Below are positions 1 through 12,772 of a stretch of DNA of 64,000 nt, piece after piece (within the stretch, counting starts at the first letter, position 1; each line of letters opens with the position of its first letter). Origin of the DNA: Podospora anserina (lineage: Eukaryota); contig CM030332.1 of the NCBI GenBank assembly GCA_017654855.1, positions 5,642,001-5,706,000 on the forward strand, written 5' to 3'. A program made the position numbers and the translations under genes. The notes beneath the pieces are model-generated. The model saw nothing but the letters and a program-made list of their open reading frames with translations. It was not told the DNA's origin and ran no database searches.

Positions 1-47
1 TTTGACATGATATGCAACTCAGGAGCTCAGACACTAACGTCAAACAG

Positions 48-1315
48 GTGAGCAGCGATGGGTCCATGTCGGCACAGTCGTCGACTCGACTGGCAGCACC
101 GGCCGCAAGGTTCCATATAACGGCCAAGAATACGACTATGTTTTCGACGTTGATATCAAGGAGGGGGCACCGCCACTCAAGCTCCCTTACAACCTTTCTC
201 AAAACCCTTACGAGGCAGCAACCAAGTTCTTGGGTGACAACGAGCTGCCAATATCATATCTCGACCAAGTGGCCCAATTTATCACTTCGAATACCCAAGG
301 TGCGACGATTGGCCAATCCTCAGGGTTGGCTGATCCGTATGGGACAGAAGCCCAGTCCGCAGCTGATCAATCATCACAACCGTCGACCAAGTTTTTGCCG
401 CATACAGACTACCTCGCCCTTACGGTAGCCAAGTCTGAGCCTGTGTTGAAGAAGCTCAAAAGCCTTAATGAGAAGCATATTCTTGCTGGCAATAAGCACA
501 TTTCCATGAACCCGAGTGGCCTCAACATTGTCGAGCATGCTCTCCAAGCTACCATGGGAGTGCAAGCTGCGAGTCAGAAGGGGAAGTTACCCCCAGCGCT
601 CAACGACGCGACCCAGAGCGTTTTGAGCATCGCCACACAGTGGCCGTACAACGATCGACTTCCTGCTCTCGACGCACTTCGGTGCTTGGTCACCTGGCCG
701 GGTGTCTCCACTGTGACCGATCCCAGAGGCGGCGATATCGCTAACACTGCGCTCAGAAGCGCGCTCGATGTTCAGTCCCCAATTCAAACCGACACCCCTT
801 TAACCGAGTTAGCTCACGGGGTTGATGTGTCTACCGTCAACCCCAACAATGTCATGATGGCACTCCGGACCATTACCAACCTGTTCACTACACTCGAGGG
901 GAGACAGCTGGTTACATCGGACGCTACCAACATCACGACCGTTCTCGGCAGAATTGCTGGTCTCGGAGAAGGCCTAAGTCCCATTGGGGCAGAGAACAAT
1001 AACGTCCAAATCGCCTTGACGTCCGCAATTTTCAACTTTGCTTGCTTGGGCTTCAACGAACGCAGCACGGTCAACTTCACCGTCATCTCCAACATCTGTG
1101 AGATTGCTGCGGCTGTTATCAGCAGACAGAGGGATGCTGAGGTCCTCTTCCGCGCAGTCATGACGCTTGGCATGGTTCTTTCCACCGGTGGCCAGGCCCA
1201 GCAGGTAGCCAAGGCCCTCGAGGTTGGGGAGGCGATTGGTGAAGCGGCCAAGAAGTCGGGAGAGGAGAGGATCAAGTCGTTGGCAAAGGAGTGCTATGGT
1301 TATCTGAGGCAATAA
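48..1315 (+). CDS. DOA1: Ubiquitin homeostasis protein Doa1/Ufd3/PLAA, last exon (PFU + PUL domains); 5' part lies outside the window
   Basis: After CTAAC...CAG (acceptor at 47) the frame reads EYDYVFDVDIKEGAPPLKLPYNLSQNPYEAATKFLGDNELPISYLDQVAQFI (PFU), then WPYNDRLPALDALR and NNVMMALR (PUL); stop at 1313-1315. Confidence 0.93.
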
Positions 1316-2486
1316 GTGTGACACGTGGTGAATGAAGTGTGAGGGAATATTGTATATATGAGGTTACCCAGCTACCTCTAATGCTTTGCTAGTACAGCAG
1401 AGGTCCGACGCGGAGGGTGAAAAGGCAAGGGATGGAGGAAAGAGTTACAGTACTTAGGGACAGAGATTAGAGCCTTTGATGTTACAGACATGGGTTAGTA
1501 GGAGGCAACGAGATGTTATCCCACTTAGTTTCAGTATAGTGACAGTCTGCTCTTGTCTCACGTAGTCGCTATCAAGTTCAGTCGCCTTTCTCGCTCACCT
1601 GTTCGGGGGTGAAGATGCCTTCCCGTTGCTCTACGAAAATAGCCCCTGAAGCCACCCGGCTCCCCCGGTTGTCTATGTCAGACATCAGGAAACTTGACTT
1701 GCGGTACTGTTGTTGGTTGGTGTGGTGGGTGGTGATGTGAGAAGTGTATCTGCTGGCGCCCGACGCAACGGTGACGGAAAACGTGATTTGAGCCGCTTTA
1801 CTCCCTAAACTGAACACGCCACTGAAACCGAAACCTGGGCGGAGAAAGCTTGTCACTTTAATCCGGCATTTGGGCGGCGGCTGATGAGGGGGTTTTGGTG
1901 CTTCAGGGTTGATGCTGACTCTGTCTGCTACAGCTTTCTCACACTGGGGAGGACTCTTGGGTGGTTTACTGGATGGTTGGATGGATGGGGTTCCCGAAAT
2001 CCGGAGGTAAGATGGTTGGAGATGAGATGTGGGTTGGTCAATGTAAAATCGCGCCAAGCAAGACAATCCAATGTTTTGTTCAGAATTGTTTCGAATTTTT
2101 GCAGCTGCCTTTTCTGACAATTTCTATTCGAGGTAGCGTAAAAACAGCCTCAGTTTGTGATCCTGTCTACTCTCTGCCTTGAGTAACAGTCTGCTCCTCT
2201 GCCAGCTCTCTGTGACAAGAGGGAAAAAAGTTGTAAGTGAGAAAATATTAAACAACGAGAAAAGAAAATTCCCCAAAACCCAAAAAAAAACCCCCCGTTT
2301 TTATCACAGCACAAAACCGGGCAGATATAGTACCCTCCCAAAAAATATCTTTCCTTCACCCTCTTGCCTTGAACGCCGTCCAGAAATGCCAACACGAGAT
2401 CCTGGTTTTGCCTTCAGGATCAAAAATATACAAAGTGCCAAACAGTGACACACGCAACCCGCCTGCCAAAATTGTGACGGATCACA

Positions 2487-3364
2487 TCATAGCAGCGCCC
2501 ACAAACCACCGAGAGCGAGTGGGACGTAGCCGAGCCATGCAAGAGTTGAGCCGCTGATAGTCATAGATCGTGCCGCGTCGCTGGTGAGGTTGACCGCTCC
2601 TTGTCCGGAAGCACGAAGGGTGAGGGTGTACACGTCCGCGACGCCGATGTCGGTGCTGTTGAAGCAGTTGGTCTCGTTAACCTCGGCCAGTCTCGAATCG
2701 CCTGGTTCGACAAATGTGATGTCGACGCACTGCCGGTATTGTTAGTATCCATCGCCCTACGTGATGAAAGCATCGAGAGGATGGGAACGTACCGAGTAGA
2801 GAGCAGCGCCATGTACGGCCAACTCAACAACCTGAATTGTGGCATTGTCGCCAGCCTTGACCGTCGCGTTCACTGGCAGTGGTACTTGAGGGAGGCAGAC
2901 GGTGCCGGGATACGGGTTCTTTGATGGGCCGAGGAGTTGGAAGGGGGGAACCATGGGGAAAGACATGTTGGGGGGACCGCCCGGTGGTCCATCATCGGGG
3001 CCTTCAGTACCGAAACCCATGTTGACGTAGACCATTGCTGTTGCGTGGCCTTGGAACCAGCCGGGTTGGAAGGCGATGGCGCCGCCTTTTGTTGACCAGT
3101 AGGTTCGGTTTGTTGTTACTTCCATGCCGCCACCTAGGGGAGAAAAGTTAGCAACTCATGTCTTGGGTTGTGTAACGGGGAAGGGGCAGCCTGAGATGAG
3201 AAAGATGGGGAGGGGAGCTTACATGGATACATCCATTGCATGCCGTATGGGAAAGTTTTGTTGGTGATGAGGTTGTTGCCTCTCCATCCTGGATATGTGA
3301 TGACAATGTGAGCAGAGGCGACAGCGGCTGTTGTCAGAGCCGTGAGAAACGTTGATGTGAGCAT
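2487..3364 (-). CDS. GPI-anchored BIM1/X325-like (LPMO-like) copper-binding protein, 3 exons (3364-3223, 3133-2793, 2729-2487)
   Basis: Signal peptide ending VASA followed by an N-terminal His (HIVITYPGWRG). Also YPCGG, GWFQGH, NATIQVV and LYSCVDITF, plus a hydrophobic C-terminal GPI signal. Both GT-AG introns keep the frame. Confidence 0.8.
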
Positions 3365-5321
3365 TTTGGCGAAGTGTGTCGTTGGATGCGATATGTGAAG
3401 GTGTAACCAAAGTTTTGCGTGATCAGAGCCTCACGAGGGCTTTCCCTTTCAATTCCGGCTCTTCTTTTTCTCCAAGAAAAACCTCTCAGTCGAATGTCTC
3501 AATTCCTCCTTCTATATCGCCAGTTCTTTGCCGATCAATATCTGTATCACTGTCCTGGTCTGGTAGTCCCAGTGTCGACCGACGGAACGTCTGTATCTGG
3601 AGTTGAGATTTGTGAATTCGGTATAAGAAAGACAACCGCAGAAATAAGAAGCAGGGAAAAGGCCAGAAGAACAGGTCGTGCTGGGCGGACGGGAGGGTAA
3701 TATCTGGTGGTGGTGACCCATCGGCCCTATGTATGCAGCCATTCCCCTCTCCTCTCCAGCCGCCCAATGGTCCCTGTCACCCCCCCAGGCCCAGTCACCT
3801 TCACACCCTTCCACCGCCGTGACCCGACTTTGCCATGCCGAAGCACCAACGGGCACAGCAATCTGGGCGGCTTTTTGGCAGCAGCATGCACCTGAGCATC
3901 CCGACCACTCAGAGGGCACAAAAAACCTTTAAGGGGTGCGAGCTGTGCATGCCGACCCTGCCGACCCCCTGCCACGAAGGGAGCCCACGGCCAATGAGCG
4001 GGCAAAGGTGGCCGCTCGGCTGCTGGGCAAGTCGCTAACCTGGGGCGATATCATCAAGCCTTCATGCTCGACTCTGCATACTATCACCATTTAACACCGA
4101 CGGCTCTCCCAATTGAGAACAATGGGGAGCTGGCCTGGACATCGAATTCCTAGTGCATCTTGGGAAAATCTAGAACGGCGATCTTCGTAGAGGCGCAACT
4201 GTAGTTTCGACTGACACACCAGCCCACACTGATCTAGACCTGCAGTGTCGCTCCGGAGCCGTGATGCGGGGTCCTGATGAGAGAGATTTTGGGACTTTCT
4301 GCCATCGTGCTACACCAGCAGGTTGCACAGAAAGGCTGGTGGTGGTGGTGCTTGGCGGGGTTCCAGTCACATCAAGCTGATCACAAAGCCATCTCCACTG
4401 TGTGCCGTCTCTCCTCCAACCTTTCCTCACAGCTAAGCGCCCAGCCATGTGTCTGGGAACCAATCAAGATCGGGCATGCGAACGGTTTGGGGGCGATCTG
4501 TCAACCCTCGGATTCTCTCTCCCTTCAGCAAAAACCCTCGACCGAATTCTTTTTCGCGGGAGTGTGGTATCGGTTCTCGATGCAGTGCGACTCTGCGAAG
4601 AGCTATTTCTGACTGGGATGCATTCTTCGGTTCTGCCATTCTGGCCCTCAAAAGGCGCAGCCACTGTAGATCAGTGAATCACGGCCAGCTTGGGTGAAAG
4701 CTGATTGACTGCGAAACAGCCTTACCTATACACATTGGTGGCAGGAGCTTTCTGGTGTTCTCAAGAGCCGAATGCTCGGACGAATGACTTGCATCGCGGG
4801 ATGGCCAAAATAGTGGCCGCGTCAACAGTCTGGTGTGTGTAACGCTTCTGCAGCCCATACATGAAGTAAGCTGACTGCTGGTACCCGAGCTCGGCATGTC
4901 TGGTGGTGAAGATGTCATAAATTCGGAATAGAAATGGGCGTGAATCAGAATCAATAAATAGCAGGAAGCAAAAGGCATTTCCTCTGTTCAATATGATGAG
5001 GATTCATGAGTCCCTGACAAGACCAGCCTGACCAGGTTCAGTGCCCAGTGGATTGTGGGAAGCATCGCGATTAAGTGGGCCAATCCCAACCCTGAGATCT
5101 TCCCCGCATAAACCAGAGACACTTTGAACACGGAAGGCGGTGAACATGTTTCTGCCTATCGGATTTCTTATCGCACAACTGCCCCTCGGTTTGGCTTGCT
5201 TCTACACGGGAACCCTGCAGGAGAGCCGGTGAATTGGAGCGACTTGCAAACTTGGAGCTTTTTTGAACCATTTCAGTCTATCAATTTTCAGGATCCTTTT
5301 CGAGCACGTCTGTGACACATC

Positions 5322-6311
5322 ATGGCTGACACCGGAGCCGAGTGGAATCAGGTCAAGCGGAAAGGCAGAAAACTTCGCCATGTATCCAAGCCAGTAGCTG
5401 ATGAGAAGGCTCCTTCGGACAATCTGCAGCCAAACCCAAATCCAGAATACTCTATTGGTGATCTCTCAAAATACCATGACAGCGTGACCAGAAAATTCGA
5501 GCAGTCTGCATGCTGGCGGAAACTAGAGAAACTCCTCGACTCGGCTCTCTCATCACGTCAACAACTACCACGCATTGCCAGGGCAGTGTGTCTAGGGACA
5601 GGACCATATGATCCAGCCGATGGCAGTTCTCAAGCAAGGTGGACAGCTCACATGCAGACAGCTGCCTTCTGTGCCATTATCAATACAATTCGTGGGTCAT
5701 GATGGACTGGTGCAACTCACAGATGGGGGCTAATCAAGAAGGGATCAGGATCTAAAACAAACCAAGAAATCAAGTGTTTCATTCAAGAGCCCCGATTTAC
5801 ACAAATTGATAAGGAATTCTGCAGCAAACTCGATCTCGAGGCCGTTGACAGTCCAGGTGGATTCGATCTTGTTGATGAGAACACACTGCTCTATGCCATA
5901 CATCTCGAACTTGAAATCTGCAACCTGGCCATGAGAAAATCTCTGCCGACCGTTTTCATTGGTACCGGCTTGGATGAATGGCTACGGGTGGTAGATGGCA
6001 CCAAGGAGAGACCAGGGCATCTCCATCGTTTTTTCAAGTTGGAGGACAACTATCACAAGCTCCCTTTTCCGGATCTCGATTACATTTTCTCAAGCACCAG
6101 CATATACCTGAGAGAAGATCAACAGACACACGATGGGTGTGAGCGAGGCCATATCGAGGAGGCGGGAAAAGAAGAAGTGGGCCAACAAGATACTGAAAAG
6201 AAAGGGGATGAAAAGACTGAGAGCAAAACGAAATCTCAGTCTTTGGAAGATCAAGACGCTGCTACCAAGAGCGATATCGATTCTCTGAGGCTTGATAAGC
6301 TTGTGACTTAA
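5322..6311 (+). CDS. SRR1-domain protein, intron 5692-5748
   Basis: AVCLGTG, AHMQTAAF and, after splicing, FIQEPRFTQIDKEF and TLLYAIHLE; the splice joins ORFs 5322 and 5931 in frame. Confidence 0.8.
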
Positions 6312-7181
6312 TATGAATCCAGATTGACACTAGTCCTGTCTCAGAGGGTCCCCCAAATGGTCCAGCTTGAGGATACCTTGGGCTGTGGGATTATCGAGCG
6401 TTTTTCTTTGGAAAGAAAAGTTCATTGTATGGAGGTGTGCCACTGGTTTATGAATACAGGTGGAAACCTTTGGTAGAATATCAGCACAGAGGACTTGCAC
6501 AGACGATTATTATCCTCAATGGCAGTCAGTGTATCTGTAACTGAACAAACTTCAGTTTGCTGTTTTGTAACAAGAAGGACACCGGGTTGGCAGTTCTGGC
6601 CCTTAACCGTATCATATACAAAGCAAAGCGTCGGTATTCCAACACTCAATCAACAAGCAGATTTACAGAAGACCGTCTTTTCTTTCTATTCCAAGACATA
6701 AAACGCCATATCCCACCCACGAACACCCGTCGTTTGTCACCCGTCATCCATCAACCTGCAACGTTCTCGCCTCTCAGGTGCCGCACACGCCGCTCCCAAC
6801 ATGCAGCATCACGGAGAGTTTCCGCAAACCTCTAAAAACATGTTGCTGTTGCAGCCCCCCCACACTGAATACCACAGGGGCCCGCATCCAGAGTCGCAAG
6901 GTCAAAGCGCGGCGCTCGCGATCCAATCTTCGCGAAATTGCGATGACATGGGTTGGGGTTCATTCTGCCCACCTTGCGTTTTCCATTGTGCTGCATGACG
7001 AGAATCCATTCTCTCCCTTTCTTTCCTTCCTTTCTCTCGTCTTGCACTCCGGCAACGCGCTCCGGCGCCCTTAAGTGACAAACAATCAGCATCGCGAAGT
7101 CGGCCGACGATTGTGTGACGGGATTGAGAGACTGCGAACAACATTGACTGAGCGAGATGGACCCGCGGGTATAACCGAATC

Positions 7182-8243
7182 ATGACGGAGCCCTCAGCGC
7201 GCCAGGGACCCCCGTCCCACCCTGACGACATCGCCAACACCAACGACAACGACCACATCCAACACCGTGTACGGTTTGCTGAGGAGGGCCCAGAACCTGT
7301 CATCTACCAGCACAACCCAAGACGACTCCAAGATGACGAGCCTTCGCCGCCACCAGGTCCGGCTGTGTTTTGGGATGAGAACGAAAGCATCGCTCCAGCT
7401 CGGAACCAAGATCGGAACAGCATCGCGAACACGGCCGATACAGCAAACCTAGCTCAGTATACCTTCTACCGCGAGCCCACACCTCCGCCATACAGGCCGG
7501 ATGAGAAGGGGTATGGGAATGATGCCGCCAGCGGCAGGATAGCTCTGGCATCCAGCGCCGGAGGAATTCCCGAAAGCGAACGCCGGCTTCATCTTCAACC
7601 CCAGAGGAGCAACTGTAGCGATGACGAGACAATGAGCCCAGTCGCCAGGAGAAAGCTTCTCTGGATTATCATCGCGGTTGCAATCGTGATTATGATCGGC
7701 GTTGCCGTGGGCGTGGGCGTTGGCGTTGGCGTAACAATGGCTCGCAAGTCTGCGGAAGCTCAGGAACAGGCCGAGTCCTCCACCACGCCGCCAGTCTCGG
7801 TGATAGGCTCCAGTCCCACGCCAACACCGTCAGCAACACTCGATCCTGACCCCTCCGTTACATCGTCGACATCTTCAGACGCACACACTTCTTCAACAGT
7901 CTCTTCCTCTACGCTCACTGTCCCTTACCGACCGCCAAACCCTCATTCTGACTGCCCTGCGGCAAACAACACCATGTATCAAGTCCCGGGCTCCCACAAA
8001 CGCTTCCTTCGCCTCTGCGGCATCGACTACCACGGAAGCACTTCTTCTCGTGATCTAACCCACATGTACACGGTCTCCATGGCGGATTGCATGAACAGCT
8101 GCGCTTCGTTTGACCAGTGCACTGCTGTCGGATGGGGGTTTCTCCCCGGCGACACGGGCAAGGAGCACCGCTGCTACATGAAGACCGACCTCAAGACCGG
8201 CCATGCGGCAACAACCGATTGGTGTTTTGCCATGCTACAATAA
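7182..8243 (+). CDS. Single-pass membrane protein with Ser/Thr-rich stalk and C-terminal Cys-rich PAN/apple-like domain
   Basis: 353-aa ORF: RRK followed by hydrophobic WIIIAVAIVIMIGVAVGVGVGVG, an S/T/P stalk, then CPAAN..CGIDY..DCMNSCA..CTAVGW..CYMK. Confidence 0.8.
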   Translation: MTEPSARQGPPSHPDDIANTNDNDHIQHRVRFAEEGPEPVIYQHNPRRLQDDEPSPPPGPAVFWDENESIAPARNQDRNSIANTADTANLAQYTFYREPTPPPYRPDEKGYGNDAASGRIALASSAGGIPESERRLHLQPQRSNCSDDETMSPVARRKLLWIIIAVAIVIMIGVAVGVGVGVGVTMARKSAEAQEQAESSTTPPVSVIGSSPTPTPSATLDPDPSVTSSTSSDAHTSSTVSSSTLTVPYRPPNPHSDCPAANNTMYQVPGSHKRFLRLCGIDYHGSTSSRDLTHMYTVSMADCMNSCASFDQCTAVGWGFLPGDTGKEHRCYMKTDLKTGHAATTDWCFAMLQ

Positions 8244-9280
8244 TTTATTCACGTATCGCCAAACTGGCGGCATACCTACCTTGCTTATCTCATATTTGGA
8301 CTCTTTTTCGACTGTGTATATCATTATTGAACACATGCTGCAAAACACTTGGCGCATTTTGGCAGCCAGGATGGATTTGCAAACAGATACCCCTTTTTTA
8401 CACATGACAGCCATATCGACACGCTCACGCGAAAACACACAACACACAAGGCGACTTTTAAGGTTTACATATAATTCATAATGATGCTATTATATTTCTT
8501 TGGGGTTGGAGGTTTGGGGACGGATTTGGAGCGGAAGGGGTTTAGTACTGATGTCTTTTGGGCGGGATATCTTGAACGACGGAGTTGAGAGGAAGGGCTA
8601 GTTTGGGGGTTTGATGAAGGGCTGGGAGCAAGATATGCTGTCGGTGAAAGCGTCGGCAGGGAGATGGTACGGCAGTTGTGGACCTTTTTTGTCTAATGTA
8701 CCGTTATTGCTTCTCGAGTAGCCAGCACGTCGTGGAGAGAAAGATAGACACTGCAATTTGAGGTCAAGGCCTTGAAAGGTACTGGAAACGCCCTCTGCTA
8801 TCTTACAATCTCTGCAAATCAACTTTTAAAGCCTTACGACTATATATCCGTCCTTTATGACTGTCTTTGGTGGCCCTGCTGATATCTTTCTAGGCCCTTA
8901 TCCCCAGTAGTAGTCTGCATTAGTTTTCGTCCAGCATCAACAGACGTGGGTTGAGTTCGAGCACGGTAGTTACACGCGCGGCATGCGGTTGTAGTTGCAA
9001 ACACAGTTGAGGCTGGTTCTGGGCGTGGAGTCTTTTCAGCGGGAGCAAAGATGATTGACCCCTGGGGATAAGTTCGAGGGTTGTTTTGGGTTTTCTATGC
9101 CTTGCAGTCTTCTCATGATGTCAGCAGCCATGCGGTCTCGTTGGATAGAATTGTGTGGATTACTCAAGAACGTCTTTTTTATACTATCTAAACCATCCTA
9201 TAAACTTGTTGCATCCGCTGGGTTCTGTGCTTGTGAGTTGCGACAGTATAATTTTGCAAGCATATTCCACTGTCAACCCC

Positions 9281-10042
9281 TCAAGACACGGAACCTTCAG
9301 TCACGACAATCGTCAAAGCCTTTCTTGTACGTCTGAACCGTCCCCCCGTCCAAAACAGCTTCATGAGCTTGGGCGACTTGTTCGCAACACCCTGGGACAT
9401 CGCCGCCTCAGCGATAAGTTTCCTCGTCCCGGCCGCGTCAGGGAAACGTCTCCATGTCGGGTGCAAGATAATCTCCTCCTGGCCCTTCAGAAGCTGGTTA
9501 GGCAGCTGGATGAGCTCTATCTCTTGAGCTGTCCATATTGGCTCTGTGGCGTTGTCTTTTGGGAGTTCAGACTCGAGGATGGAGAGGAGGGACTGCCATA
9601 TCGGTTGGTCTGTGGGCTTGCCGCTGACGTGGTTGTCATGTCTGAGATTTGGCTAGGATGTCACGGAGGAGGGTGGGGTGGTTGGATAGTTTGTCTGAAG
9701 CGTCCAAAGTGAGGAGGGGGCGAGGCAGGAGGTCGTTGGGGCGTTTGAGGAGGGTGGATGAGGGTGACGAGCGGAGGAGGGCGTCTTGAAGTTTCGTGCG
9801 GTAGGCTCGGGTGCTTTGTCTTGATCGGGGTTTCTTTTTGGCTGCTTTTTGGAGGGCATTTTGGTGTTGCCAGAAGGAAGGGGAGGCCCAGCATGGCTGG
9901 TGGATACCGTTGATGATGCGGCACATGGTGGGTGGTTTTTGTTGGGGCTGAGATTGGTGAGGTGGCTTTGCGTTTGTCTACATGATGAACAGGAAAACCT
10001 GGCGCATCGGGGCTTCTTTATCCATCTTCTCGTCGACCTCAT
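9281..10042 (-). pseudogene. Possible degenerate hypothetical gene
   Basis: ORFs 9653-10042 and 9281-9466 share a frame and are separated only by a TAG at 9653-9655. The downstream part looks protein-like; no recognisable domain. Confidence 0.25.
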
Positions 10043-10671
10043 GCTAATGATGCTGTCGGGGGTTCAGGGGTCGAAGTGGAGTGCCAAGATGCGGTTGCGT
10101 GGGCTGCCTTGAGCTGCCTGAAGTTGGAGGCCAGGGGTTCATGGGCACATCCAAAACACCCTGAAAAGAATAGAAATTTGACATGATATCAAAGCTTCGA
10201 GGAAGAATAGGAATACTTCTCGATTATGTGAAGACCACCCCCGACTGGTTTAAAAGGCTTATACATGCTTATTTGATACCTCCCAGTTAAGGCATTTTTT
10301 AAAGCTCCCCGTCTCCTGAGGAGGCTGACTCTCTTACAAGGCCTCTTTCCATCAGATATCACCAGGAATTCCAGACCTAGAGTTTGCTCAAACGCCGGAA
10401 CACATCAGGAGAAACTGATTTAAACATTATGTCATTACTTAAAGATGATATCTCTAAGAGATCCAAACCAGCCTCTCAGTGAGGTGAAAACCAAATGAGA
10501 ACTGTCAAATACCATTGCCTGCTCGTCTTTCAGAGCCGCTGAGTGCTTCTTTCACCACCCACTGACGATTTCAGCCTTCCCCATCTCAGTCTAATCTTGC
10601 TCCGGCATACGAGTCAAGTGATAGCTTAAGGAGAAAGAATGGTTCGATGGGCGTGCAGTTCTTCGAAAGAG

Positions 10672-11782
10672 TCAGTTGCTATCGGATGTACTTGATGGAA
10701 GGTCGGAAGTTCCGACAAAAACCACAAGGACAGCAGCAAATCTAGAAACATCAAGGCATCAGTATCGTCGGTCAGTATGAAGCCAGTGATACGGGCAACC
10801 ATATGAAGGTTAGGTAGACTTGCGCAGCAGTAGCAGCAAAAACATCTTTGATGGGTGCTGAGGTGAAAAGGCTTAGCGAGAAGGAGAAGAGTGCAGTGAG
10901 TCCTGAAATAGCACCCATGCGTCCCTGCATGGTTTGAATATGATACAGGACATGGATATCGAGGATAGGCAAGAGAGATGCCGCAATAGTGCAGAGGATC
11001 CTGAGTACTCGGTAGATTGCCTCATTGGCGTATATTATCGTGTTCGGCAGCAACTCTAGCGTATCCGCTTTCTAAACCGAAAATACATGTTAGCTTTGGT
11101 CTGTATTGGACACAAAAGACAATAAGGGGCTTACATGGACACGCCTTCCTATGACTCGGTTATACTAATGAACCAGCCCTATGGTAAATGAGTTGGTAAA
11201 GGCTTGCTCTTCTGATGGCACTTCGAGCGATGTCAAATCTTCTCGGAACGTGGGATTCTCCCAGATATTTCGGTCGGGACCGAGCAAGTATATGTTGTGC
11301 CTATCTGGTCGCTCCATCCAACTTTGAAGTGCTTTGACCTGGCGGGGAATCGCAGGTCGAAGATCAAGTACCTGGCGATGACGGATGAGAGCTTCGTGGT
11401 ATTCCTTCAATCCCGGTCGAATCTTCAAGATAGTGTCCCATTGAGCACTAACATTTCCGTTGGCGGCATCATCGGCACCAGAGCGTTGAAGAGTATCCCA
11501 ATCCAAAGCATAGGTTTTACGGTCTTCATGATCCGACTGTTTGTCTTTTGCTTGATACCGACTGAGTCTTTCTTCCAACCCTTGGAGCTCAGCTTGTTGA
11601 TAAAGAAGATCTTCAGCAGACAGCGCCCGGAAACGTCTTAGAATAGCCATCTCGGGGAGGTGTCCCATGGCCATGCCTAGCCTGTCATAGCCCTCAGTTC
11701 GAGATGGCTCTCCTGTTTTCTCATTGTTGCCGGTTTCGAGTTGAGCTGGAGTTTGTGCTGGTGCTGGATTTGGATCGTTCAT
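10672..11782 (-). CDS. DUF6594-family membrane protein with one in-frame TAG (11165-11167); exons 11782-11135, 11071-10824, 10741-10672
   Basis: GYDRLG..PEMAILRRFRALSAEDLLYQQAEL, LKEYHEAL and C-terminal TM helices ending VFAATAAFAAVLVVFVG. Intron 1 is GT-AG and intron 2 is GC-AG; both preserve the frame. Confidence 0.8.
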
Positions 11783-12772
11783 GGTTGAAAGTGTAAGTTG
11801 CTTTCGAGAGCATTTCGCCTCAACAAATTCGTCGTTTTGCTCAGGACATAAATATGTATCGCTTCAATTACCTTACTCAACGTGAAGCGGCTTGATGTGA
11901 GATGGACATCATCATATTTACTTGCAGCAGGTGGTGTGCAATGCTTTCATCTGCAACATGCTTTCCTTCGGCCGGTCGGAATTTCGGTCAATCATCATCT
12001 CTCTTCTTCGCCGGTTGAGGTTTGGGTCAATGGAAACCAGCATGGGCTTGTTCCAACTAATAAGCCACCACCTTCCTACCTACCTGATAGGTTTCCAGAC
12101 AACATGCCAAGCTTGGAAAACAGGGCTCACCGTCCTTCATTCCCCGACGTTTGCACTTTGCAGAGATATGACGACGTGAATGGTGTACTGCCCTTTCCCT
12201 TGCCCTAAGGTATTGTGCAGTCTGCTTGTAAGAAGCACATGCAACTTCTGACTAAAGTAGGTAGGCTCTTAACAAAAAGGTACACTGTAGCCCGGTTCAG
12301 TTAAGACTAAGGTATCTAGTTGAGGGTTGACAACGCTCGAAGCATGAGTGGTTGCATTTACATGGTCTAGTCTGGATATGATAACTATTTCTTTTAGTCA
12401 AGGGGCAAACAGAAGATTTATTATCGTCGCCATGCTTCTGCTAGTAGGTACATCTAGCTGGATCTGAATGATGGGGGCGGGGTGCGTTGAAAGTTGCACT
12501 TTCCATCTTCATGACGGGACCGCGACATCCAGTTTGACACCAGGAGCCTGATCCCCGGGCCAGCACACACATGTCTCCTACCCCACATGAGAAAGCAGAG
12601 AGACCAGGCTGCCGATGAACTGCCTAATAAAAGTGTGTCTCCTTCACTCTGTTTCTTCTGTTACCCCGCCGTTACTCAGGCTTCTTGACGTTCAACCTTT
12701 ACCGACACTTCACGTCCATTCCAGTCCGAAAGGATCACCGGTCACTAGCTCAAACCAAGTGAAAAGGGAACA

